Below, piece by piece: positions 46,938 to 54,442 of a DNA stretch of 64,000 nt. The stretch spans positions 8,463-72,462 of the forward strand of contig DASXEK010000040.1 in NCBI GenBank assembly GCA_036490155.1, read 5' to 3'. Position numbers and translations under genes: made by a program. How positions within the stretch are numbered: the stretch's first letter is position 1; each line of letters starts with the position of its first letter. This DNA is from Acidimicrobiales bacterium (lineage in GTDB: Bacteria > Actinomycetota > Acidimicrobiia > Acidimicrobiales > RAAP-2). Below the pieces are notes generated by a model. That model was not told the DNA's origin, did no database searches, and was given only the letters and a program-made list of their open reading frames with translations.

Positions 46938-48275
46938 CTATCTGGCCTCTACCCGGGGCGAGCCCGCGTCTCGACTGGTCCGACGAGCCTCTCGGAGCTG
47001 CTCGACTCGGGCGGCAGCACTGTCCTGGGCTCCTTCAAGCAGGTGGGCATACAGGCGCTTCGAGGTTGCAACGTCGGCATGACCCAAGATCAGCTGCACC
47101 TCAATATCGCTGGCCCCTGCCGCCCAGAGCAGCGCAGCCGCCGTGTGACGGAGATGATGAGGGGTCAGGCCTTTCAGCTTCAGAGAAGCCGCCACTGCGT
47201 CTGTCGTCGCTTCAGAACGGCTCATGCCCTCGGCCAAGAGACGTTTCCGCTCCCCCACTGCCCAACGGACGGCGGTCGCGCAGATGACCGGACGAAGGTG
47301 GCGGGAGAGGTAGCCGTTCCAGCGGAACCCCGCACCGTTCACGCTTGTCAAAAGCGGCGCATCCGACGGCGGCCTTGCTCTTCGATTCAGGTGTTCGCGT
47401 AAGAGCTCAGCCAGCTGAGGTCCGACCACCACCGCTCGATTCCGGCCACCCTTTGGCTTCTGGTTGCGGACCAATCGGCCTTCTACTTCAACGACAGGTT
47501 GGCGGACCCAAACCCGCTTGGCCGCGAGATCCACGTCGCCGACCACCATTCCCGCCACCTCGGAACGTCGACCCCCCGTTCCCAAGAGGAGTTCGAAAAC
47601 GAGGCGATCCTGACCCGAACCCAGTCTGTCTGACAGCATCTCGATGAACCGGAAGTCCGGTACGACGATCTCGCGCATCCGGTCCGACACCAAGTCCACT
47701 GACATGGAGGCCTTTGCGATCGGACTGACCTTGATGACATTCTCATCGGCCAGCCAATTGAAGAACGCCTTCACGACGCCCCAGTGCGTGTTGATCGTCA
47801 AAGGAGCGAGTCCTGCGACCTCCATGGAGTCGATGATCCCGGTGATGTCGCGCTGGGTGACAGTGTGCGGCAGTTGCTGACCAATCGTCGGTGTCCACCA
47901 CTTCGACCAGCAGGCCCGGTCACGCGCTGCCGTCGACTCCGCGCCTCCCCGCTTGTTATTGACCCGCACCCGCGACCGCCTGGCCCTCTTCGCCTCTTGC
48001 CAGCGACCGAACCACTCGTCGCAGTGCATTCCTCCAGTCGCCACGCTGGTCAGGCCCTCCCCTGCCAACTCCACCTCGTTCGCTGGCAGGCGATGAGTCA
48101 AGCGCCATGGCGCCTGCGCGTCGGCCGCCTCGCGCTCGCTTGCATAAGTGCCGTAGGTGACCTGACGTCCATCGATTGGCACTCGAAGACGCCATCGGCG
48201 ACTCGATGTTTGTGCGATGGTGCCGGCTCCGCTCAGGCCGCGCTGTCGTCGTTTTGCAGCCATCGTGAACAGCAT
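46938..48275 (-). CDS. int: Tyrosine recombinase / phage-type integrase
   Basis: GGRRSEVAGM (Arg box) and HHLRHTAAALLWAAG...LGHADVATSKRLYAH (H-x-x-R ... Y). Start probably Met at 48275 or 48263; the ORF extends to 48371. Confidence 0.9.
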   Translation of the reverse strand: MLFTMAAKRRQRGLSGAGTIAQTSSRRWRLRVPIDGRQVTYGTYASEREAADAQAPWRLTHRLPANEVELAGEGLTSVATGGMHCDEWFGRWQEAKRARRSRVRVNNKRGGAESTAARDRACWSKWWTPTIGQQLPHTVTQRDITGIIDSMEVAGLAPLTINTHWGVVKAFFNWLADENVIKVSPIAKASMSVDLVSDRMREIVVPDFRFIEMLSDRLGSGQDRLVFELLLGTGGRRSEVAGMVVGDVDLAAKRVWVRQPVVEVEGRLVRNQKPKGGRNRAVVVGPQLAELLREHLNRRARPPSDAPLLTSVNGAGFRWNGYLSRHLRPVICATAVRWAVGERKRLLAEGMSRSEATTDAVAASLKLKGLTPHHLRHTAAALLWAAGASDIEVQLILGHADVATSKRLYAHLLEGAQDSAAARVEQLREARRTSRDAGSPRVEAR

Positions 48276-48308
48276 CCGAGCAGCGACCACAATCGGCCCC
48301 CGACGTCG

Positions 48309-48326
48309 TAAAGACCACTTAAAGAC
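48309..48326. repeat. Paired TAAAGAC heptamers (TAAAGACCACTTAAAGAC), copy 4, between int and the tRNA
   Basis: Same heptamer and orientation as the other three pairs, with 11-nt instead of 10-nt spacing. Confidence 0.55.
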
Positions 48327-48504
48327 CGGGGAAAGCGATCGGCTCGTGGGCTGCGCTGGTGGCACGCACACTGGTGCATGACCTGGCCTTATGCGATGTG
48401 CCTAGTCCCGGAGTGCGGGACCTCTACAAAGTCGCAGTAACGCTCAGGGGGCGCCATGTGACTTAGTCGGGAGACCACTCTTAGCCCGTTGACCTGGGCT
48501 TTCG

Positions 48505-48577
48505 TGGAGGTGATGGGATTCGAACCCACGGCCTCTACATTGCGAACGTAGCGCTCTACCAGCTGAGCTACACCCCC
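48505..48577 (-). tRNA. tRNA-Ala (anticodon CGC)
   Basis: The reverse complement folds as a cloverleaf: GGGGGTG-TA-GCTC-AGCTGGTA-GAGC-G-CTACG-TTCGCAA-TGTAG-AGGCC-GTGGG-TTCGAAT-CCCAT-CACCTCC-A. It has the G3:U70 Ala identity pair. CCA is not encoded. Confidence 0.9.
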
Positions 48578-48639
48578 GGCGCCGTTCAGAATACTCGGGC
48601 GCTCAGGTGGTCCCGGAAGCGGTGCGACTCGATCCGCGC

Positions 48640-49347
48640 TTATCGGGCTACCGCCTGGGGCATCTCGTACAGCTCGTCGTCGTCCCAGGCCCCCGGGTAC
48701 CCGGCGGTGGCCGGGTCCACGTGGCCGCCCGCGTCGACGGCGGGGCCGTCTCGCCGTGTCGGGCGCATCCGCTGGTGGCCTTGGAGCTCGTTGGCGTAGG
48801 CCATCAGTGCCACCAGGCCAAGAGCCGTCAGCCCGGTCAGGCCGGTGAAGATCCAGGCCAGCTGCATGCCCGGCAACACCCCGATGATCCCAGTGGTGAC
48901 AGCAACCCCGCAGAGACACCGCAACACGAGGTTGAAGCGCTGACGCGCCTGCTCCCGTCGGAGCGCACGGAGGTCCGCCCTCACCTCGGGCAAGCAAACG
49001 GGCTCGGGCCGGTCGAGGACGCCGACCCGCTCGTACTGACAGCCCTCGCCGTCGGCCACGTCGGCTGCGGTGGAGTCGCCCGTCGGCCGCAGCAGCACCA
49101 GCTTGGGACGAGAGCTGTCCGGTGACAATGGGGGGGTTTCAGAAACGGGACCCCCGGGAAATGCTGTGTGCAGCCGGTATGCGGGCGCGAAGGTCTTCGG
49201 CCCAGCGTGCTCGAGCAGCTGGAGCTGATGATGAAAGCTTTCGATGGACCCGACACCCTCCCGTTCGGCAAAACGTCGCCAAACGCTCGGCGCCAGGACC
49301 GCCACCCATAGCACCGCTACAAGTCCCAGCAAGATCACAATCGCCAC
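48640..49347 (-). CDS. Hypothetical membrane protein
   Basis: An N-terminal TM segment and two C-terminal TM segments; no motif recognised. Confidence 0.45.
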   Translation of the reverse strand: MAIVILLGLVAVLWVAVLAPSVWRRFAEREGVGSIESFHHQLQLLEHAGPKTFAPAYRLHTAFPGGPVSETPPLSPDSSRPKLVLLRPTGDSTAADVADGEGCQYERVGVLDRPEPVCLPEVRADLRALRREQARQRFNLVLRCLCGVAVTTGIIGVLPGMQLAWIFTGLTGLTALGLVALMAYANELQGHQRMRPTRRDGPAVDAGGHVDPATAGYPGAWDDDELYEMPQAVAR

Positions 49348-49529
49348 TCCCCGACGACCTACCTTCGCTCTGTTCTAAAAAGCCTATTGAGCAGCTCTTT
49401 AGAAATGGTGGATGGTGGGGAAATGCACCGCGCCGACCACGTCGGCACTTCTCCGCTTGGCATCGATTTGTACCAACCTCGACGCGCCGATTCAAGCGCG
49501 TTCTTCCCGCCCTGCTCATGGCCGGTGCG

Positions 49530-50324
49530 TCACTCCGATACCGCGCGACTCCACCATCTCCCGTCGTTGCAGCCGACCGTGACGGGCACGTCGAAGCAGG
49601 CCGACACGTTCCGCGACGTGATCACCTGGGCGAGCGGGCCTGCGGCGATGATCGATCCGGCCCGCACCAGGCCAGCGTGGGTGAATCCCGGCGGGATCTC
49701 CTCGCAATGGTGCGTCACCAGGACCACCGGGGGGCTGGTGTCGTCTGCGGCCACGGTGGTGAGACGCAGGAGGAGGCGCTCGCGGGCGCCGAGGTCAAGG
49801 CCGGCGAAGGGCTCGTCGAGCAGCAGCAGCTCGGGATCGCTCATCAGCGCTCGCGCCAGCAGAACCTGCTGACGCTCACCCTCCGAGATCACCCCGAAGG
49901 ACCGATCGGCGATCGCACCGACGCCACCCTGGGCCAGGAGCCGGTCGGCCTTCTCCCAATCGGCGCCCGTATAGGTGTGCCACCACACCTCGAGGGCGCC
50001 GTGCCGGCCACTCGCCACCACTTCGCGCGCCTTCACGTCGCCGCGGAGCTGGCGGGTGATGGCGCCGCTCACGAGGGCGACTCGGGGGCGCAACGTCCGG
50101 ACGTCGACCTGGCCCAGCCGCTCGCCCAGGATCTCGACCTGGCCCCCCGTCGGCCACAGACGCGCCCCGGCCACTCCGAGCATGGTCGTCTTGCCGGACC
50201 CGTTCGGTCCGAGGATGACCCAGCGGTCGCGCTCCTCGACCCGCCAGTCGACACCGTCGAGCACGGGCACCCCGTCGCGGCGGACGGTGACGCCCCGCAG
50301 CGTCACGGCCGCCCGGTAGCTCAC
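49530..50324 (-). CDS. Orphan ABC-type ATP-binding protein (no cognate permease adjacent)
   Basis: GPNGSGKTT, SEGERQQVLLARAL and LLLDEPFAGLD motifs. GTGA overlap with the upstream small ORF. Confidence 0.75.
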   Translation of the reverse strand: MSYRAAVTLRGVTVRRDGVPVLDGVDWRVEERDRWVILGPNGSGKTTMLGVAGARLWPTGGQVEILGERLGQVDVRTLRPRVALVSGAITRQLRGDVKAREVVASGRHGALEVWWHTYTGADWEKADRLLAQGGVGAIADRSFGVISEGERQQVLLARALMSDPELLLLDEPFAGLDLGARERLLLRLTTVAADDTSPPVVLVTHHCEEIPPGFTHAGLVRAGSIIAAGPLAQVITSRNVSACFDVPVTVGCNDGRWWSRAVSE

Positions 50325-50641
50325 CCCTCCGGCTGATCGGACGAAACGAGCCGCCGGTTGATGCGCCCGATGAGGCCCGAACAACAGTGCGCCCAGGTCC
50401 GCTCACCGGCCAGCCAGAGCCAGACCTCGCGCCGGTAGTCGACGACGATCCGCTCCAGGTCTTTCTCGCTCAGGCCGACCGACGCCAGTGACCTCCAGCG
50501 CGACCACAGCCAAGGCACGAGACCGTCGGGCCCGCGGAGCACGGCGGCGAGGTCGCGGCCCTGATCGACGACTTCAACCCTCCAGGCGTCGGCTCGCAAC
50601 AAGGGCTCGTCCGGCACGTGCAGGACCGGTGCGGCGGTCAC
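50321..50641 (-). CDS. Hypothetical protein (106 aa)
   Basis: Compositionally coding. The GTG start lies 3 nt after the FrhB-like stop. Confidence 0.4.
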   Translation of the reverse strand: MTAAPVLHVPDEPLLRADAWRVEVVDQGRDLAAVLRGPDGLVPWLWSRWRSLASVGLSEKDLERIVVDYRREVWLWLAGERTWAHCCSGLIGRINRRLVSSDQPEG

Positions 50642-50643
50642 GC

Positions 50644-51915
50644 TCAATGGCGGATGAACACGGGCTGGCGGTCCGTGCCTTCGTACGCGCGTACGTGCTC
50701 CTCGTAGTCGATGAACAGCGGGGCGTCTGGGTCGAGCTTGCGTTGCAGCGAGCGGTTGGCGATCTTCTTGTCCAAGGCGTCGAGCCGGAGCAGCGCGGCC
50801 GGGTCGTCCAGCCCGCGGACGTCCAGCTTCGCCCGCGCCGCCTGGAAGGCCAGCCGTCCGCGCTCGGTCCGGATCAGGACGCTGGTCCATCCGTTCATGG
50901 AACCGACGCTGCCGACCGAGATGTCCGCCGAGCGGCCGAGAAAATCGGCGCACTCGTCGCATCCCTTGAGCGCGGCGCCATGGAAGTCCTTCACCGGCTC
51001 GTCGACGGCCAGCTCGCCGTCGCGGTACTCGACGATCATCCGCCCGCGGATGACGTCCATCTTCGAGACACGATCCAGGTCGACGCCCCTCTTGTCGCGC
51101 AGCTCCCGCAGCGTCAGCGCCTCGTAGTCAAAATTCTTCGTGCACATCAGGGCAATCGACAGCACCACCGCATCGACCCGGTGCGCGCCCGTCGGCCACC
51201 GGCGAGCCTGCATGGCGCGTAGCCCCTGCACCTCACACGGGGTACCGACGACGGCGATCCGAGGCTTGGCTGGGAGCTGATAGCGCGACAGGTCGAGCTC
51301 GGCGAGCGCCATCGTCTGGTTGTAGAAGCTCCCCGCCGCAGCACGGATTTCGTCGGCGGTCGTGGCGATGGTCGCGATGCCCTTCCACTGCTCGTCGGGA
51401 TCGGGACTCGGCTTCGACACCAGCGCGCCGTCGATCTCCCCCGAGGCGAGCAGGCCGATCAGGAGCGCGCTCACCGCCCCGCCGTCCTGGGCGTCGTCGT
51501 TCTGCGTGCCGGCGCGCACGGCGTAGGACTCCACCACTGCCCCGAGGCCGTCGGCGGGCGGCCCGCCGCTGATCTTCCAGTAGGTGTCCGACGAGTCGGA
51601 GCGCACCTGGTCCGGCTGCACGGCGGCGTCCTCCCCCGCGTCCACCGTGGAGGGCGGCCACAACGCCTCGTAGCGGAGTCCGCCCCGCGGGCAGAAGTCC
51701 CAGCACAGGGAGCAGCCGGTGCACATCTTGACCAGCTCCGGCAGGTTGGTGTCCTCGTCGATGCCGATGGAGTTCGACGGGCATACGGCCACGCAGGTGC
51801 CGCATTGGATGCAGCGCTCGGCGTGGATCACGCCTGCTTCGAGCTCCCAGAACCACACCTTGCCCGGGGGTTCCTCTATTCCGTTCATCTCCTCGCGGAG
51901 GCGGTAGCGCTTCAC
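50644..51915 (-). CDS. FrhB/FdhB/FpoF-like protein with N-terminal 2x[4Fe-4S] ferredoxin domain
   Basis: CIQCGTCVAVCP and CTGCSLCWDFCP clusters. FrhB-like blocks QDGGAVSALLIGLL..GEIDGALV, VVGTPCEVQGLR and CDECADFLGRSADISVGSVG. GTG 51915 overlaps the sir stop (GTGA); an alternative ATG lies at 51888. Confidence 0.75.
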   Translation of the reverse strand: MKRYRLREEMNGIEEPPGKVWFWELEAGVIHAERCIQCGTCVAVCPSNSIGIDEDTNLPELVKMCTGCSLCWDFCPRGGLRYEALWPPSTVDAGEDAAVQPDQVRSDSSDTYWKISGGPPADGLGAVVESYAVRAGTQNDDAQDGGAVSALLIGLLASGEIDGALVSKPSPDPDEQWKGIATIATTADEIRAAAGSFYNQTMALAELDLSRYQLPAKPRIAVVGTPCEVQGLRAMQARRWPTGAHRVDAVVLSIALMCTKNFDYEALTLRELRDKRGVDLDRVSKMDVIRGRMIVEYRDGELAVDEPVKDFHGAALKGCDECADFLGRSADISVGSVGSMNGWTSVLIRTERGRLAFQAARAKLDVRGLDDPAALLRLDALDKKIANRSLQRKLDPDAPLFIDYEEHVRAYEGTDRQPVFIRH

Positions 51916-53612
51916 GAGGTCACCGCCTCGGTGGCCCCGACCAAAAGGGACTGCAGCTCTTCGGGCGCGGTGCGCCGGGCCCAGAGGTAGAAGGGCTCCT
52001 CGGGCCGGTGGTCCTCCCGATAGCGGGTGACCACGCGCAGGAGCGCGTCGGGAACACGGTCGACCGGCAGCGCACCGGTGAGCCAGTCGATGAACGCAGC
52101 GTCGGGGCCGAGCGAGCCGCCCAGCCCGATGTCCACCGCTTCCTCGATGTGCTCGTCGACGTGCGCAATGTCGCCCCGGAAGCCGATGTCCGCGATCTGC
52201 GGCTGCGCGCACGAGGCGGAGCAGCCTGAGAAGTGCATCCGGATGATGCCGGCATCGGCGGCGACGCCGTCCCCCTGGGTGGCGAGCAGTTGGGCATCGA
52301 GCTGCCGCGCCCATTTGACCGCGCGCTCCTTGGTCTCCACCACGGCGAACCGGCAGAACTCGCTGCCCGTGCACGCGACGACACCGCGCACGAAAGGGCC
52401 CGGGAAGGGCGAGTACTTCTCAATGAGCGGCTCGGCCAGCAGGTCGTCGAGCCGGTCCTCGGGAACACCCGCGACGATGAAGTTCTGGTCGGTGCCGATC
52501 CGCACGCCGCCGTCCCCGTAGGTCTCGGCCAGGCGCGCCAGTTCGATCAGGTCGATGCCGTGCATGCGCCCCACCGGCACCGAGCAGCCGACGTAGAACA
52601 AGCCCGGCTGCTTCTGTGGGTGGACGCCGACGTGGTCACCGCGGAAGGCGGTGGTCAACTCGCGGCCGGCTGGCTCCAGGGCGAAGCTCGTCCGCTCGTT
52701 GAGCGCGGCGCGGAAGCCCTCGGGGCCCAGCTCCTGGGCCAGGTATCGCATGCGGGCCAGGCCACGGTTCTCCCGGTTCCCGAGTTCTCCGAAGAGCTGG
52801 GCGACGCCGCGGCACAGCTCGACGGCCTGGTCGGACCGGATGAAGACGTCGATGTCCGACGCCATGCGCTCGCCGTCGGAGAGCCCGCCGCCGATGAGGA
52901 CGTTGAACCCCACTGTGCCGTCCGCGTGCTCGGCCGGCCACAACCCGACGTCGTTGATCTCAACGCGGGCGCAGTCCTCCGTGCACCCCGTCACCGCGAC
53001 CTTCCACTTGCGCGGCAGGTTGGCGTACTCGCGGTTGCCGGTGAAGTACGCCGAGATCGCCCGGGCCACCGGAAACGCCTCGACGACCTCTTTCTCGTCG
53101 ATTCCCGACACAGGGCACGAGCACACGTTGCGCGCCGAGTCGCCACAGGCCTGCACGGTGGTCAGCCCGACCTCCCAGAAGCGCTGCCAGATGCGGGGCA
53201 CGTCGGCGATGCGGATCCAGTGCAGCTGGATGTCCTGGCGGGTGGTCAGGTCGGCGTAGCGGTTCCCGAACACCGCGCTGTCGTCGGGCCCCTCGGCGAA
53301 CGCGTCAGCCGCCACGCCCACCTCGCGCACCTGGGCCGCCGTCATGACCCCGCCGGGCACCTTGATGCGCATCATGAACGCATCGCCGCCCTGTCGCTGC
53401 GGGTACATGCCGACCCACTTCAACCGCTCCTGCTCACCCGGCACCTTGTTGATGGAGTCAGGGCCCTGCTTGGAGTAGGTGTCGATGACGGCCTGCGCCA
53501 CCTCGAAGGGGTGGCGCGCTAGTTTCAGCTGCTCGACGCTGTTCAGCTCGCCGATGTTGCGGTAGGGCCGGACGAACTTGAGACCGCGGTCGCGCCGGCC
53601 GCGAAACTCCAT
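51912..53612 (-). CDS. sir: Assimilatory (ferredoxin-type) sulfite reductase hemoprotein, nitrite/sulfite reductase family
   Basis: Two NIR_SIR repeats. Siroheme/4Fe-4S Cys cluster VTGCTEDCARVEINDVG ... CTGSEFCRFA ... FSGCSASCAQP. True start at MEFRGRR. Confidence 0.9.
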   Translation of the reverse strand: MEFRGRRDRGLKFVRPYRNIGELNSVEQLKLARHPFEVAQAVIDTYSKQGPDSINKVPGEQERLKWVGMYPQRQGGDAFMMRIKVPGGVMTAAQVREVGVAADAFAEGPDDSAVFGNRYADLTTRQDIQLHWIRIADVPRIWQRFWEVGLTTVQACGDSARNVCSCPVSGIDEKEVVEAFPVARAISAYFTGNREYANLPRKWKVAVTGCTEDCARVEINDVGLWPAEHADGTVGFNVLIGGGLSDGERMASDIDVFIRSDQAVELCRGVAQLFGELGNRENRGLARMRYLAQELGPEGFRAALNERTSFALEPAGRELTTAFRGDHVGVHPQKQPGLFYVGCSVPVGRMHGIDLIELARLAETYGDGGVRIGTDQNFIVAGVPEDRLDDLLAEPLIEKYSPFPGPFVRGVVACTGSEFCRFAVVETKERAVKWARQLDAQLLATQGDGVAADAGIIRMHFSGCSASCAQPQIADIGFRGDIAHVDEHIEEAVDIGLGGSLGPDAAFIDWLTGALPVDRVPDALLRVVTRYREDHRPEEPFYLWARRTAPEELQSLLVGATEAVTS

Positions 53613-53641
53613 CCCATAGGGATTGTCGAGGTCGCGCGGCA

Positions 53642-54322
53642 CTATTGGTGCAGGCCGCACTCGGTCTTGTCGAGACCCGACCAACGCCCCGAGCGCGGGT
53701 CCTCCCCCACCGACACCGGGCGGGTGGTCGGGGCGCAACCGATGGAGAGGTAGCCCCGTGACCGGAGTGGGTGCTCGGGCAGGTCGTGGTCGGCCAGGTA
53801 CGCCGCCACGTCGTCGTCGGTCCACGTGGCGAGCGGATTGATCTTGATCAGCCCGAAGTTGGCGTCCCAGCTCACGATCGGTGCGTCGGCGCGTGTCGGT
53901 CCGTCGGAGCGCTTGAGCGACGTCAACCAGGCCGCCTTGCCCGCGACGGCGCGCTGGAGCGGACCCACCTTGCGGAACTGGCAGCACTGCGCACTGCCAC
54001 AGGGGTGGGCGGCCGCCTCGGGCCCGGGCTTGGTGACGGTCAGGTTCAGCCCGTAGCGCGCCCGGACGGCCTCGACGAACTCGAGCGTCTCGGGAAAGTG
54101 CGCCTCGGTGTCGAGGAAGACGACCTCGATCGCCGGGTCCACCCTGGTGGCGAGGTCGATCAGCACGATGTCCTCGAACGACGCGGCCAGGACCAGCGAG
54201 TGCCCGAACTCCTCGACCGCCCAGCGGATGGAGGCGCTGGCCGGCGCCGTCTCGAATCCCTTGCTGACCAGGGCGAGGTCTTCGGCGCTCATAGGCTGTT
54301 CACTGAGGCTGATCTCCGTCAC
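53642..54322 (-). CDS. cysH: Adenylyl-/phosphoadenylyl-sulfate reductase
   Basis: C-terminal DPRSGRWSGLDKTECGLH, and an internal CC pair (SAQCCQFRK). Confidence 0.9.
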   Translation of the reverse strand: MTEISLSEQPMSAEDLALVSKGFETAPASASIRWAVEEFGHSLVLAASFEDIVLIDLATRVDPAIEVVFLDTEAHFPETLEFVEAVRARYGLNLTVTKPGPEAAAHPCGSAQCCQFRKVGPLQRAVAGKAAWLTSLKRSDGPTRADAPIVSWDANFGLIKINPLATWTDDDVAAYLADHDLPEHPLRSRGYLSIGCAPTTRPVSVGEDPRSGRWSGLDKTECGLHQ

Positions 54323-54409
54323 CGATCCTCACCTTCTCGGGGCGTTCGACCCGTTTCCCGGGGTCCGCCGCCTGCCTTGACGCACGAACAAAATCTGGCT
54401 TTAGTATAC

Positions 54410-54426
54410 ATGACCAAAATGGTCAT
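54410..54426. promoter_or_regulatory. Palindrome ATGACCA-AAA-TGGTCAT in the cysH/cysD divergent region
   Basis: Perfect 7-bp arms within an AT-rich patch, 17 nt upstream of the proposed cysD ATG. Confidence 0.4.
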
Positions 54427-54442
54427 AAATCGAAGAGGTCCC

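Larger units (their letters stand above)
37604..48528. mobile_element. tRNA-Ala-integrated genomic (defence) island, about 10.9 kb
   Basis: Bounded by the 18-bp direct repeat CGGCCTCTACATTGCGAA. A tyrosine integrase sits next to the intact tRNA. G+C is visibly lower than in the flanks. Cargo is jetABCD plus abiEi/abiEii. Confidence 0.7.
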
